Source: Octopus bimaculoides (taxonomy: Eukaryota). From it: 40,212 nucleotides of DNA. The DNA lies in contig NC_069003.1 of the NCBI RefSeq assembly GCF_001194135.2, forward strand, positions 14,545,089 to 14,585,300, read 5' to 3'. The position numbers were made by a program, and so were the translations under genes. This document shows positions 1-12,089 of this stretch, piece after piece (the first letter of the stretch is position 1; each line of letters starts with the position of its first letter). The notes beneath the pieces were generated by a model. That model was not told where the DNA came from, made no database searches, and saw only the letters and a program-made list of their open reading frames with translations.

Positions 1-96
<96 letters not shown>
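1..96. repeat. (AAT)n microsatellite
   Basis: Pure AAT triplet run from the window start. Confidence 0.98.
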
Positions 97-300
97 CCTA
101 TCTACTGGAAGCACAAGGCTTCAAATTTTGGGGAAGGGATTTAGTCAATTACATTGACCACAGTGGTACTAATTTTATCAACTCCGAAAAAATGAAAGGC
201 AAATTCGGCTTCGGCAGAATTTGAACTCAGAACGTAACGGCAGACAAAGTACCACTAAGCATTTAGCCCGGGGTGCTAACGATTCTGCCAGCTCGCGCCT
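97..300 (-). mobile_element. tRNA-derived SINE family A copy
   Basis: Reverse complement of the family-A body seen at 18976 (head GGCG.GAGCTGGCAGAA, B-box-like GAGTTCAAATT, core GCCTTTCAT). Both flanks are AAT/AAC repeats. Confidence 0.85.
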
Positions 301-364
301 CAGTTATAATAACAACAATAACAACAACACCAACAGCAACAACAACAATAATAATAATAATAAT

Positions 365-919
365 ACTGCCATGATGCAGTATCAGGAAGTGACTCTCATG
401 ACTTCACGTCTCAACTGATTGAAAATGTTATCATGTACATTATTTTGTCTTGGTATCAAAGATGGGCTGCATCAAATGTTCTGCTCGATACCACAGATTT
501 GCTTGTCAGTTGTTTGATCTTACCCAGTTGAGCATGTCATTTGGTGGCTGATGATATGTGCATCTCTGATCACGAGCAGAAGTAGTGGAGGAGCACCATA
601 GCCAGGTGTCGAGAGGAATTCTTTGGAGTTTGAATAATTCACATCTGGAAACATGTGTTTCATTCAACATTCTTAAACAACATTTATTCAAGGACCATTT
701 GAGGAGGAGGGGCTACTCAACCTGAAGGAAATTCTAACTGGGCCCCACCTGCAAGGTCATGCGCTGTTTCTCTTGATGTGAGATGACCATTTTGCGCACA
801 TATGGCTGTGAATCATGTGCATGGTGTACCTTTATAAGACAGGTAGTCATAATGGGTATACGGGGCTTCGTATATTTTACCCCAGTTTCACTTTGATGGC
901 ATGCTTTGCTCTCTCACTC
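365..919 (+). mobile_element. Non-coding TAA-embedded element X, apparently full-length non-autonomous retroelement
   Basis: Reverse-complement matches at 30332-30641, 32796-32830 and 33757-33803. Both sides are (AAT)n. No long ORF. Confidence 0.75.
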
Positions 920-966
920 AATAATAATAACTGGCATCAACACCTACCTGAATAATAATAATAAGA

Positions 967-1046
<80 letters not shown>

Positions 1047-1080
1047 AATAATAATAATACTAATACTAATAATAATAATA
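967..1080. repeat. (GAT)n-(AAT)n compound microsatellite
   Basis: Direct triplet runs. Confidence 0.95.
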
Positions 1081-1862
1081 CAAAGCCTCCCCACCAGAAA
1101 TTACCAAAAACACATAATGAAAAGAAACATAACAAGTAACTGCAGAATATGTGGCCATGGACAAGAAACAATAAATCATATTATCTCTGGCTGCCCAGTC
1201 CTGGCTAAGAAGGAATATNNNNNNNNNNNNNNNNNNNNNNNNNNNNNNNNNNNNNNNNNNNNNNNNNNNNNNNNNNNNNNNNNNNNNNNNNNNNNNNNNN
1301 NNNNNNNNNNNNNNNNNNNNNNNNNNNNNNNNNNNNNNNNNNNNNNNNNNNNNNNNNNNNNNNNNNNNNNNNNNNNNNNNNNNNNNNNNNNNNNNNNNNN
1401 NNNNNNNNNNNNNNNNNNNNNNNNNNNNNNNNNNNNNNNNNNNNNNNNNNNNNNNNNNNNNNNNNNNNNNNNNNNNNNNNNNNNNNNNNNNNNNNNNNNN
1501 NNNNNNNNNNNNNNNNNNNNNNNNNNNNNNNNNNNNNNNNNNNNNNNNNNNNNNNNNAATGACCTGGAAATAGAGATAACTCGAATGTGGAATCTAAAAA
1601 CAGAAACAATTCCTATCATAGTAGGTGCCTTAGGTATAATAAAAAAAATATTCAGACAAATACATAACAAAAACACGAGGACTTACAAATATATATAACA
1701 TACAGAAAATTACACTACTGGGCACTGCACACATTCTACGCAAAACACTTTCAATACAGTAAACATAAGAGCACCACAGCAAACCACAGCACGTACCCAA
1801 GGCGCACAGAGCTGCGCTCGGTAGTGAAGTGAAAGCACGTTTTAAAAATAAAACTACTGAAC
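1081..1862 (+). mobile_element. R4/Dong-type non-LTR retrotransposon, 3' fragment 1 (interrupted by N gap)
   Basis: Translates QSLPTRNY...CRICGHGQETINHIISGC (CCHC knuckle) and DLEIEITRMWNLKTETIPIIVGALG...LGTAHILRK (restriction-like endonuclease C-terminus). Ends in an (AAT)n tail. Confidence 0.88.
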
Positions 1863-1866
1863 AATA

Positions 1867-1925
<59 letters not shown>

Positions 1926-1934
1926 TAATAATAA

Positions 1935-3080
1935 TTAACCACAACATCTACCTGGAAAACTCTGATAACTGGATGTTAAAACTTGTGTTAAAGCATGAAA
2001 ACAAGAAAGCATCATACTCAGTAACAAAACAGGCAAAGGAATATCTAATAGCTGGAAACAAGCACAGAAAAAGCTAAGCGCATGAAAACTCGTGCTAAAA
2101 CTGCTGCCGTAGATATTCTTACTGATAAATGGCAAGAAAAACATCTCAGTGGCAAATACCCAAAGAGAGCTAATAATGCCGATGTTGACAAAACCCTTAC
2201 CCATCAATGGTTAGTGACTTCTGGCTTAATGTCAGAGACAGAAGGTTTTATCATAGCAGCCCAAGATCAATTCCTTCCTACAAGGAACTACCAGGCCAGT
2301 ATAATAAAGAACGGCAACAGCCAAACGTGTATGTTAACAGCAAAATGAAACCACTGATCATGTTGTCTCCATGTGCAGTCTTCTTGCGGCTACAGAATAT
2401 CTCAACAGACATGATAGAGCAGCACAATATATTCACTGGGTAATTTGCGAAACCTGGAACTGCTCCATGATAAAGACTGGTGTGAACACAAACCACCTTC
2501 AGTGCTTGAAAATGATCACATCTGACTCCTCTGGAACTTCACCATTCAAACTGACAGAAAGATAGATGCGAATAGGTCAGACATTATATTGAAAGACTTC
2601 AGACAAAAATCATGCCTCCTCATTGACATGACTGTCCCAATCGACATAAATGTATCTATCAAGACCCGCCAAAATCTGAGCAAGTATAAAGATCTTGAAA
2701 TAGAAATTGGCTAACTATGGAATCTCAAAACTAAAATAATACCTGTTGTCATATGAGCCTTAGGAATGATAACAACAGAGGTTGATTCCTACCTACCTCA
2801 GATATTAGGAAACGCTAAAATGGCAGAAATTAAAGCTAGTGCGAATGGGAACTGCCCATATCCTACTAAAAATACTGTCTATGTGATCTCAAATTTTAAA
2901 ACAAGCTTATAACTTTCTTATGTTTTCTGAAACATTCTCTAGGACAATACTATGTCCAAAACCAAATATATGACACACTAGGCATAACACCAACTTGAAC
3001 TTCTAGCTTGTTGTCTCTTGAGGTCTTTGCGTGAGATTTAGAGTCAACTTGTACAAATACAAAGCAAAAGTCAAACATCT
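1935..3080 (+). mobile_element. R4/Dong-type non-LTR retrotransposon, 3' fragment 2 (pseudogenised)
   Basis: Frameshifted KWQEKHLSGKYP...ETEGFIIAAQDQ, YLNRHDRAAQYIHW, LWNFTIQTDRKIDANRSDII (RLE), KYKDLEIEI. The 3' UTR matches 33881-34080 in reverse. AAT tail. Confidence 0.9.
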
Positions 3081-3106
3081 AACAATAATAATAATAATAA
3101 TAATAA

Positions 3107-3317
3107 GTTCAAATTTTGGCACAACGCCAGCAATTTCGAGGAAGAGAATAAGTCGATTACATCGAACCAGTTTGCAACTGGTATTTATTTTATCGACTCC
3201 GAACAAATGAAAGGCAAAGTCGACCTCGATGGAATTTAAATTCAGGACATAAAGATGGGCGAAACACCGCGAAGCCTTTTCCCCGGTGTGCTATCGTTTT
3301 GCCACCTCGCGCCTTAG
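3107..3317 (-). mobile_element. SINE family A copy
   Basis: Reverse complement of the family-A core (ATGAAAGGCAAAGTCGACCTCG). AAT flanks. Confidence 0.85.
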
Positions 3318-3319
3318 TG

Positions 3320-3322
3320 ATG

Positions 3323-3403
<81 letters not shown>

Positions 3404-3411
3404 GTAATAAT
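3320..3411. repeat. (AAT)n microsatellite
   Basis: Direct triplet run. Confidence 0.97.
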
Positions 3412-5049
3412 AAGTTTTCTTTGAAACGACTGAGCGTTGAATATAATCATTTGAAGTGTATTTTTAGGAAATTGTTTGAAGAAAAGATTAACTCATTTGA
3501 AAATAACTCCTGTATAGGTAAGACCACTTACGACTCACACAAATAAGGGACCAACGCTGTTGATGTTAAGAGCGATTGATGATTAGAGGCGGTGAATAGT
3601 TATAAGACAATAATTCTCTGTCACCCTTTCGTTTTAGCAAATTTATGTTTGAATTTAAGTAGTATCAGCATCTGCAATGCAGCTTCTCGGAGATACTAAA
3701 TAAATGAATATACGCAAGAGTGCAACAAATGCTAAAGTGTATTTGAAAATCCAAAAATATGATCGTTGATTTATGAAAGACTTTCAGTAATGTAGCAATA
3801 TTTATCAAATGGAAATATACAAAGAACTACACTCGTCAGCAAAGAAAAAGAAATTAAAGATAAAAAAATATATACAAACAATATTTGGAAAGATTAAAAT
3901 CAAACGTAAATGAGTATAGACTGATGGATGTCAATCTGGAGTTAAAAGCTGTCGTTGAGAGACTCCCACGCCAGAAGAGAATTACTGAGAGAAAAATACT
4001 TGACATGAAATTCAGTGTAAACCATTGTGTACTTTATAGAGACGAAGGGTTAATCGATAAATGTTACGGAGGCTTCTTCTCGAAGATACAATTACATTCT
4101 GCAAAGAAACAAACAAAAAAAAATGAAAAAGAAAAAAGAAAATTCACGAAATATGAAGAAATACTTTAACTATATTGTATTGTGACCAGAAGATATCCAA
4201 ATGAAGAATTGTGTTACGCCAAAAATCATATATCTTCGTTGGAGATATTCTTGAGACGGTGATAAAAATATTTCATGATAGGAAGAGATTTGATTGCTAA
4301 TTACGAATACAAATGTCTGACTTTCTGTTAAGAAAGTCTTAATTAGTAATCTGCCGAGAGAAATAGAAATATTCTAAGACTATTGATTAAAGCAATTCGC
4401 GTGGTTAAAACCTACTGGCTAATTGTATTCTAGGATTTAATGTAGTAAAATATACTCAACCTCTACGAAATTATTTATCTAGGATCATTGTGATGGTAAT
4501 AGTATCACCTTCACTAAACAAACGGCTTCAGATAAAGCAGCTCAGGGAAGAAATGTGCAACCTCTTATCAACAAAACTGTGATGTTAGGGACGCGGTGAC
4601 AGAGGCAAACTCGAGGCATCTCTTGCACGAGACAACATCTGAATCTGTTCTTCACTCGAAGATGCAAGAGGTCCGTTGGCCATATTGTTATTGAACGGAT
4701 TTACTATCGCAGGGATTTATGCAGGATTGTCTTAATAGCATTATAGGTCCTACGGCAAATCAGTTCATTGGGCCCTATAGTATTTAATTATTGACAGCAA
4801 ACCTCAGCATATACTGTTCAAAATACGGCCCCCTAGACACCTAGTTATCCTGAGCAAACAAACGCCCGGTGCACCCATGCTTTAAGACGATACTGGGTAT
4901 CCGCCAAGGACACGGTCTCTTTCTAATGCCGTTTATATTTTCAGCAAACACTTTATTTTTGTGGTACGAAAATAAACGCATTCAATTAATGGGTGTACAA
5001 TGGAGCAGAAACATCAAATTAATAGTATTGTGAAGGCGGCCAGGAAAAT

Positions 5050-5345
5050 ATATGCTTATAGGCTATGTGGAAAGAAGCTTGCTTCTCAATCACATGGTTC
5101 CGGGTTCAGTCCCACTGTGTGACAACTTGGGCAAGACTCTTCTGCTATAGCTTCGGGCCGACTAAAACTTTGTGAGTGGATTTGGTGGAAACCGAAAGAA
5201 GCAGGTCGTATATATATATATATACATATATATATTGACAACTGGTATTCGCTCACATCTTCATAATGTAGCGGTTCGGCAAAAAGAGCCCAATAGAATA
5301 ATTAACAGGCTTATCAAAAAATAATTAGTGGGGTCGAGTGGCAGT
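5050..5345 (+). mobile_element. tRNA-derived SINE family B (head, internal (TA)n, tail)
   Basis: Head GGTTCCGGGTTCAGTCCCACTG...TTGGGCAAG and tail GCGGTTCGGCAAAAAGAG. Same modules at 6660-7065, 7175-7457, 17655-17875, 19585-19738 and 27366-27462. Confidence 0.8.
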
Positions 5346-5614
5346 CTAAAGGCAGATTGAAACAAGTAAAGGATAAAATATATGTCAAGAATATAAATCT
5401 TGATCGGATTTTGATCATCTCAATGAATTCAGGGATAGAATTTGGTGAGGATAAACGATTTCTACATGATTGTAACAAGGAAAGCTGCGAACCATTCTAT
5501 CAAAATCTGAATGAACGGCGACACTGCTTCACCAATTTCTGATGAGTTATGTTACCGGTACTTAGAGATAAATATATATAATATATTTATTGTAGGTCTA
5601 GTCATGCGTAATGG

Positions 5615-5782
5615 TATTTCGCCTGTCTTTATATTGTGAGCTCAAATTCCGCCGAGGTTGTCTTTGCCTTTCATCCTTTCGGGGTCGATAAATAAAGTAC
5701 CAGTTGCGTACTGGGGTCGATCTAATCAACTATCCCCCCACAAAAAAAATTCGGGCCTTGTACCTAGAGTAGAAAAGAATAA
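5615..5782 (+). mobile_element. SINE family A copy (5'-truncated)
   Basis: CAAATTCCGCCGAGG...TTTGCCTTTCATCCTTTCGGGGTCGATAAA core. Confidence 0.85.
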
Positions 5783-5950
5783 TGTCATGCCTTATTCTGT
5801 AAGGATACTAAAAAAGGGTCTTTTAATTTGAGAAGTGTTGTCACCAAACCTCACCAAACCTTAAGATAACATTGCTGGTAATTGAATTAACCAGTGATAA
5901 TTCCTTAATAATAATAGTGATGACAACAACAACAATAATAATAATAATAA

Positions 5951-6129
5951 TGGTTTCAAATTCTGGCCTGAAATTTCGCGGGAGGTGCTAAGTACTAATT
6001 TTATCGACCTCGTAAGGTGAAAGGCAAAGTCAACCTCGGCGGAATTTGAACTCAGATCGTAAAGGCGGACGAAATGTCGCTAATCATTTTGTACGACGTG
6101 CTAACGTTTCTGCCAGATCACTACCTTAA
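5951..6129 (-). mobile_element. SINE family A copy
   Basis: Reverse family-A core. AAT/AAC flanks. Confidence 0.8.
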
Positions 6130-6144
6130 CAACAATAATAATAA

Positions 6145-6362
6145 TCGTTTCTAATAGGCCTGAAATTTCCGGGGTGGGTGTAAGTCGATTACATCGATTC
6201 CAGCTCTCAACTGGTACTAATTTTATCGACCTCGAAAGGATGAAAGACAAAGTCGACCTCAGTGGAATTTGAGCTCAGAACGTAGCGAAGGGCGAAATAC
6301 CGCTAACCATTTCGTCCAGTGTGTTAACCATTCTGAAAGCTTGCCTTCGTACATCGCCTTAA
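6145..6362 (-). mobile_element. SINE family A copy
   Basis: Reverse family-A core, tandem with the previous copy. Confidence 0.8.
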
Positions 6363-6659
6363 CAACAAGAATAATAACATCAATAACAATAGATTTAATA
6401 GGGGCATTATCGGAAGTGGTGAATAGTCGCCTGAATAGAAAAAACAGTTAAATATCTCCAGGTCAGCGGAAAAGTTACCAGAAAGGCTAAATATATTGAA
6501 AATACGGTATCAGTGATGAAAGCCATTATACTAAAAGTGTATAAAGAGAAAGAATACCCCGGACATGGAAGCCATTCACTACCACAAGTTTGCTGACAGT
6601 TGTTTGTCAATCGTTGATTTTGAAAACCGTCAGCAAGGTAGCACTTATGACCATATCTT

Positions 6660-6849
6660 TTATCCGTCAATTGTTTCAGTCATTAGACTACGGCCATGCT
6701 GGGGCAGCGCTTTGTAGAATTTTTAGTCGAATGAACCGACTCCAGTACTTGCTTTTTAAGCTTGTGATTTATTCTATCGGTTTCTTTTGCCAAACTACTA
6801 AGTTACGAGGACATAAACGCACCAACACCGGTTGTCAATCGATGGTGGG

Positions 6850-6896
<47 letters not shown>

Positions 6897-7065
6897 GGCT
6901 TGCAAACAGTTTTCTTAAACTAAATTCACACGCAAAGATGTATTCGTCTCGGGCCAAACGCAGAAGATGCATGCTCCGCAAAGGGCTGCGCAATGGGACT
7001 GAAATCGGAACCATGGAGTTTCAAAACGGTTTTCTTAACTATACAGCTATTCCCGTGCGTTGTAG
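6660..7065 (-). mobile_element. SINE family B copy with internal (CA)n
   Basis: Reverse tail 6660-6850, (AC)n 6851-6894, reverse head 6895-7065. Confidence 0.7.
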
Positions 7066-7174
7066 AAGTGTTGTTCTTATCTGTTCTCCATTTGCCCAAT
7101 CGTGTCTTGTATTGACCCTGCATGGTCTTCTCTTACATTAGTCTTAAATTGCATTTGAAATTAGTATGTAACAT

Positions 7175-7457
7175 TGTTTCTATCGGTCTCGTTTGCTGAA
7201 CCGTAAACTTACAGGAACGTAAACAAAGGATCACCGGTTTTCAAGCGATAACAAATGGTGCAAATGCAAAGACACAGACACACACACATGCACACAAGCA
7301 CATTTACACAACGGGCTTCCAAACATTTCTGTTCAGTAATTTCACTCACAGGGCATTGTTCAGCCCGGGGCTATAGTAGAAGACATTTTCCCAAGGTGCC
7401 ACGCAATAGGACTGAACCTGGAATCATGACTGTGAAGCAAGCTTCTTTGCACTCGGA
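7175..7457 (-). mobile_element. SINE family B copy
   Basis: Reverse tail, CA-rich spacer, then reverse head (CCCAAGGTGCCACGCAATAGGACTGAACC). Confidence 0.75.
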
Positions 7458-8029
7458 AAATGTTTTTTTTTTTTTGCATAGCCTCATCTCAGTCCATATA
7501 TTGCGAGTAAAACTGGGTAGAGGAAAACTGTATAGAAGCCCCACGGGTGGATCGTACACGTAATCCAAAAGGTCTAGTCATGCCATACAAAGTGAGCCGC
7601 AGAGTGGGACGGAACCACCACTTGGTTGCAAAGTGAGTTTCTTAGCCAGACAGCCATGCCTGCGACCATATAACCTTTGGAACATTCATTCACATGATCT
7701 CTTGGAAATATCTGCTTATAATGCACTTCTCTTGGTAGATAAATGCATTTAACCGTATGGTGGAAAGGGCGCCAGATTCTTTTTAAACAGTGTAATTGGC
7801 AAAAACCACCCATACATTAATATACATGCATAACCAAATAGTACATACTTACAGACAAATACAAGTATGAACCAGTTTATGCATCCGTCTATATATATGC
7901 TTTACGAATGAAAAACGTGTGCATAGAATTAAAATATGCGTGGAGATTAGATGTTCTATGTTAGTATTTTGCATTTTGCATTGGTCTGATGGCTTCCAAA
8001 GTTCCAAAGGGAGTAATTAGCGTTCATTT

Positions 8030-8727
8030 ATGTATGTATGTATGCATGCACTTATCTATCCATGTATGTTTGCATGTATGTATATATATATATATGTATA
8101 TATGTATATATATGCACATATGCGTATACACGCACAATGTATGTACGTGTATGAATGTGTAAATTTATGTGTACATACATATGTACACACGTTTGCTCCA
8201 CAGATATATACATACATACATATACATATACACACACACACGTGTTTATGCGTGCATGTATGGATAGATATTCAGTCATTAAACTAGACATCTCCTGCAC
8301 ATGCTCACATACACGTATATACACACATACACAGAAAGATATCTGTATACATAGATATATACACGTATGTGTATATACACATTTAAATGTACCAGCGTAC
8401 ATAGGCGCATACTCACATACACACACATACACATAGTGAATAACGAATGTTTTGGAAGCTTCTGAATGTCTAATTATTTTGCGATAGAATAAAGGTTTGC
8501 TTAATTAAATTATCCTGAAGTAATCAAGTTTTATAGTCGCCCGTCCTCAAACACACCTATCTATCAGTAGATATAAACATGCACATATAAATACATAAAA
8601 ACCACATACGTAACAATACTCAGCAAAAGATTAAGAGAAGCATGAACATACAGACTTACACAAAAAGAGAGATGTCATATCCACACTCATACATTCATGT
8701 ACATGACCACACAGATACACACACACA

Positions 8728-8790
<63 letters not shown>

Positions 8791-8873
8791 GTATGTGTGT
8801 GTGTGTGTGTGAGTGTGTATGTGTATGGATTCATGCAGATTTACATACAAAGACATTTGCTTATTTATAAAAA

Positions 8874-8918
<45 letters not shown>

Positions 8919-9112
8919 CTTACACATATATTCATACATATATATAATATAGGTATGTATGCATACATACATATATGTACATACATATACATACATATAT
9001 ACATACAAGTCTACATATANNNNNNNNNNNNNNNNNNNNNNNNNNNNNNNNNNNNNNNNNNNNNNNNNNNNNNNNNNNNNNNNNNNNNNNNNNNNNNNNN
9101 NNNNNNNNNNNN

Positions 9113-9167
<55 letters not shown>

Positions 9168-9330
9168 TATATATAAGGATGTAAATAATTGGATGAACAT
9201 TTACACACACACCCACACACACCCCAACATATATTTGTATGTGCATAGATAGAAATAGAATTCTACATACATATATATTTATATACATACATACATACAT
9301 ACACATGTATATTTTCATGTGTGTGTGTAT
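8030..9330. repeat. Degenerate (TA)/(CA)/(CT) dinucleotide repeat tract with N gap
   Basis: Alternating purine-pyrimidine low-complexity sequence with pure (CA)n, (CT)n and (TA)n runs. Confidence 0.85.
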
Positions 9331-9369
9331 ATGTAATATGTGTGTATGTATATATAAAAGTGGTACCCC

Positions 9370-9665
9370 GTCGGTTATAAGTTTGTGTTCCAGTTGATCT
9401 GACCAACTTGCTAATGAAAGTAACGTGCAAGTGGCTGAGTATTCCAAAGAGATACATACCCTTAAAGTAGTTCTCAGCGTGACAGAGAATGCTACAAGGT
9501 TTGCCCTTTCAAATACAGAAATTATTCAATTTAGCCAGCTGAGTAGACTGAAGCACCGTGAAATAAAGTGTTGTTCTTTCAAGGTCAGAATGCTCTGCAT
9601 GGAATCGAGCTCCCGACCTTACGACCCTGAACCGAATCCCCTAGCCACTAAACCACAGGTTTTTC
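9370..9665 (-). mobile_element. tRNA-derived SINE family C copy (degenerate)
   Basis: Reverse strand gives a tRNA-like head (GTGGTTTAGTGGCTAGGGGATTCGG...GGGAGCTCGATTCC) followed by a central ACACTTTATTTCACG...CAGCTGGC block. The family call is from pattern recognition. Confidence 0.6.
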
Positions 9666-9909
9666 ACAAAATCCTAGCTCATTGAGCTCAGTTAACCGAC
9701 TGAACATGATACAGAAATTTTTAGATGGTTACCAGAAATTGGCCTGCCATTTGTAAAAGCGTGTCACGTGGTGTTATTAGAAGTGAGATCGACATTCCAG
9801 CGTCACCAGATGCATTAAGAAAGACAATATCTTGAACTGCGTGGCTGGACCGGAAGTTGATGGTAGCTTGCAATTCGACCGGTCTATGAATGGACTTCCG
9901 GCAAGGATG

Positions 9910-9945
<36 letters not shown>

Positions 9946-10511
9946 TGTGCGTGTGTGCGTGTGAGCGTGTGTGTGTATTTGTGTGTGCATAGCAGATATA
10001 GAGTACGTTGATGGTATCTGATGCCTATGCATATGTACATGCTATACGAGTGTATGTGTGAGCAGGGAAGCGCGCGTGTGTAAGCTGGTGTGTGCGTGAG
10101 AACTGATGACATCAGCTCGTTGGGGTGCGTATGTGTGTACATATGAATGCGGGTACCTATCAGCCATGTGTGAATTCTCGTGTAAGACTGCGTATTGGTC
10201 AAGTTTGTTTAAACCTTGTCACTGCCTAGCCCTGATGCATGCGGCTACTGATGTTCTGACGAGGCAGTCCACGAGCACATCTCACTGGTATGGATTGTTT
10301 TAGACAAAGCTATGGCGTTGAATCTGCCCAGAGTTATCTTTTCTGGCTACTTCACATTGAAAAAGGCCAGAAAGCGTCAGAAACGCGTTAGGGAATCCAG
10401 GCAGGTTTGCTGTTTTCACTAGTGTGCAGGCATGGTGTTTTTACGATTTTTAGCTTAAAGGAGCATATTTCTCCACAGTGACTGCGGTGATTTTTACCTT
10501 TCGAAGTTAAA

Positions 10512-10513
<2 letters not shown>

Positions 10514-10598
<85 letters not shown>

Positions 10599-10749
10599 AA
10601 TACATGCACACACACATATATACACATGCACATACACACAAGCCAGTAAACACATTCAGATACATACTGCACACTAATAAGGTAGAGTCAACAAGGCACA
10701 TTAAAAATCACACGGATAGTTTCCTGTGTCCCTATCTTTCTATCTGCTA

Positions 10750-10804
<55 letters not shown>

Positions 10805-10830
10805 GTGTGTGCGTGTGTGTGTGTATGTGT
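10514..10830. repeat. (CA)n and (TG)n microsatellites
   Basis: Two long dinucleotide runs in opposite orientation. Confidence 0.9.
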
Positions 10831-11049
10831 GTGCGTTCTCTTTGTAAACAAACCAGAAGGCTTTGCAAGTTACGAAGGCGCATGTAGCCATTTAAGCATT
10901 GATACGTGGGTTCAATTCTAGCTAGCGTTAGCTCATCATTTTTCAGTCAATTTGTTGATATATAAATGTCTCTTTAAATCGGAGAATATATATTATTATC
11001 ATGATTTATCATTGCCGTGGTGGAAGAACTTGTGTGTTTCAATGATTCT

Positions 11050-11560
11050 GAGAGTAATGTCCTCTGGAGTCTTAGACACTTGGTAGGGTCACCCATGGCG
11101 ACAAGATCGAGGATAAGGTCCCAGACTAAACTCGACCAAGCACCAACATCTAGACCTCAACGGCCAGGCAAGCAGAAGAGGGCAATCTGAATCTCCCAAG
11201 GATTGATTCCGGTGGAAGAGGGCAACGCCTGGCGGGCAAGAGTGACAAAGGCGGATGGACTCCGGCAGCTCGCTACAACCAGCCTCATCAAAACTGCACG
11301 TCTCAATTCTTGCGCCGCAGTGGAGAAGTTCCTGGCCAAGTGTGTGAGCGTGGCCGTCACACAGCCACGATTAACTCAGCGACTGGCTTTGTCTTTCTAT
11401 TCTTCGAATTATGCCCACGACTCTTTCACCACCTGCTTGGACTCCTACGTCACATTTGCCACAAACATCAGCCGAGGAGACTGGATAGAAACTGACGAAC
11501 CCAATGCTCGGATACGAGTTGGAGCCGACGATAAATATTTTTTCAAAAATGCAGTGTTGA
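11050..11560. mobile_element. GC-rich island, possibly an RTE-clade LINE 5' relic
   Basis: Abrupt GC increase. GGTAGGGTCACCCATGGC...CCAGACTAA resembles 5' regions of RTE elements from recall. No convincing domain in translation. Confidence 0.3.
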
Positions 11561-11603
11561 GCACTCATTTCAGCGTTCTGCATTTACGCATATATATTAT
11601 ATA

Positions 11604-12089
11604 CAGTAATTACTCGCCATATCGCGGTTCACCTATCGCGCCCTTAGTACATCGTGTATTTTTCTGGCTAATATATGTAAATCAAAATCTCGGACTCCTC
11701 GATATATCGTGGGCTTCTGCGGCGGATTGGTATTTATATTTTTTAGATTTTAATTATGTCTGTGATAAAATAAGCATTTTGACGCCTAAAAATTAATATT
11801 ATTAATAAATAAAAATACAGTCCAGTACTGCACTGTATAACATGAATTAATACATATTAAAAGAAAATACGTAACATACCGTAGATGAGTGAACAAAGAA
11901 TCACACATACTGCATGGAAAAGGAAACTCGAGAGTCGAGTTTGTGGTGTTGTTTTGCATTTATAATAAAGTAAATATATACAAATTATAAAATTAATAAT
12001 AAAACATACAGAGAACAATACTGTTTCTATTTAGCGGATTTTCACCTATCGTATGGGGTTTTGGAACGTAACAGCAGCGATAATGGAGG
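11604..12089. mobile_element. Tigger/pogo-type non-autonomous DNA transposon (MITE)
   Basis: TA|CAGTAATTACTCGCCATATCGCGGTTCACCTATCGCG left TIR. The right end GCGATAATGGAGG is cut by the gap. CAGT terminus and TA target are typical of Tigger. Confidence 0.7.

Noticed and set aside
365-520. HDV-like ribozyme at the 5' end of element X
   Set aside because: I could not find a P1 complement or nested pseudoknot by eye. A descriptor search is needed.
906-1698. Poly-M/D/N/I/S/H/Y and CV/HT/YI-repeat ORFs here and throughout the window
   Set aside because: These are translations of tri- and dinucleotide microsatellites, not genes.
3885-4169. ORF containing LYRDEGL, resembling the PLE RT LYRDDG motif
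   Set aside because: It is a single motif with no other RT motifs at the right spacing. It could be a very old PLE but I cannot support that.
4610-4675. CTCTTGCA/TGCAAGAG hairpin with GAAGA-like sequence
   Set aside because: No complete hammerhead core on either strand.
10256-10262. CTGACGA hammerhead-like core half
   Set aside because: No GAAA after a closable stem II.
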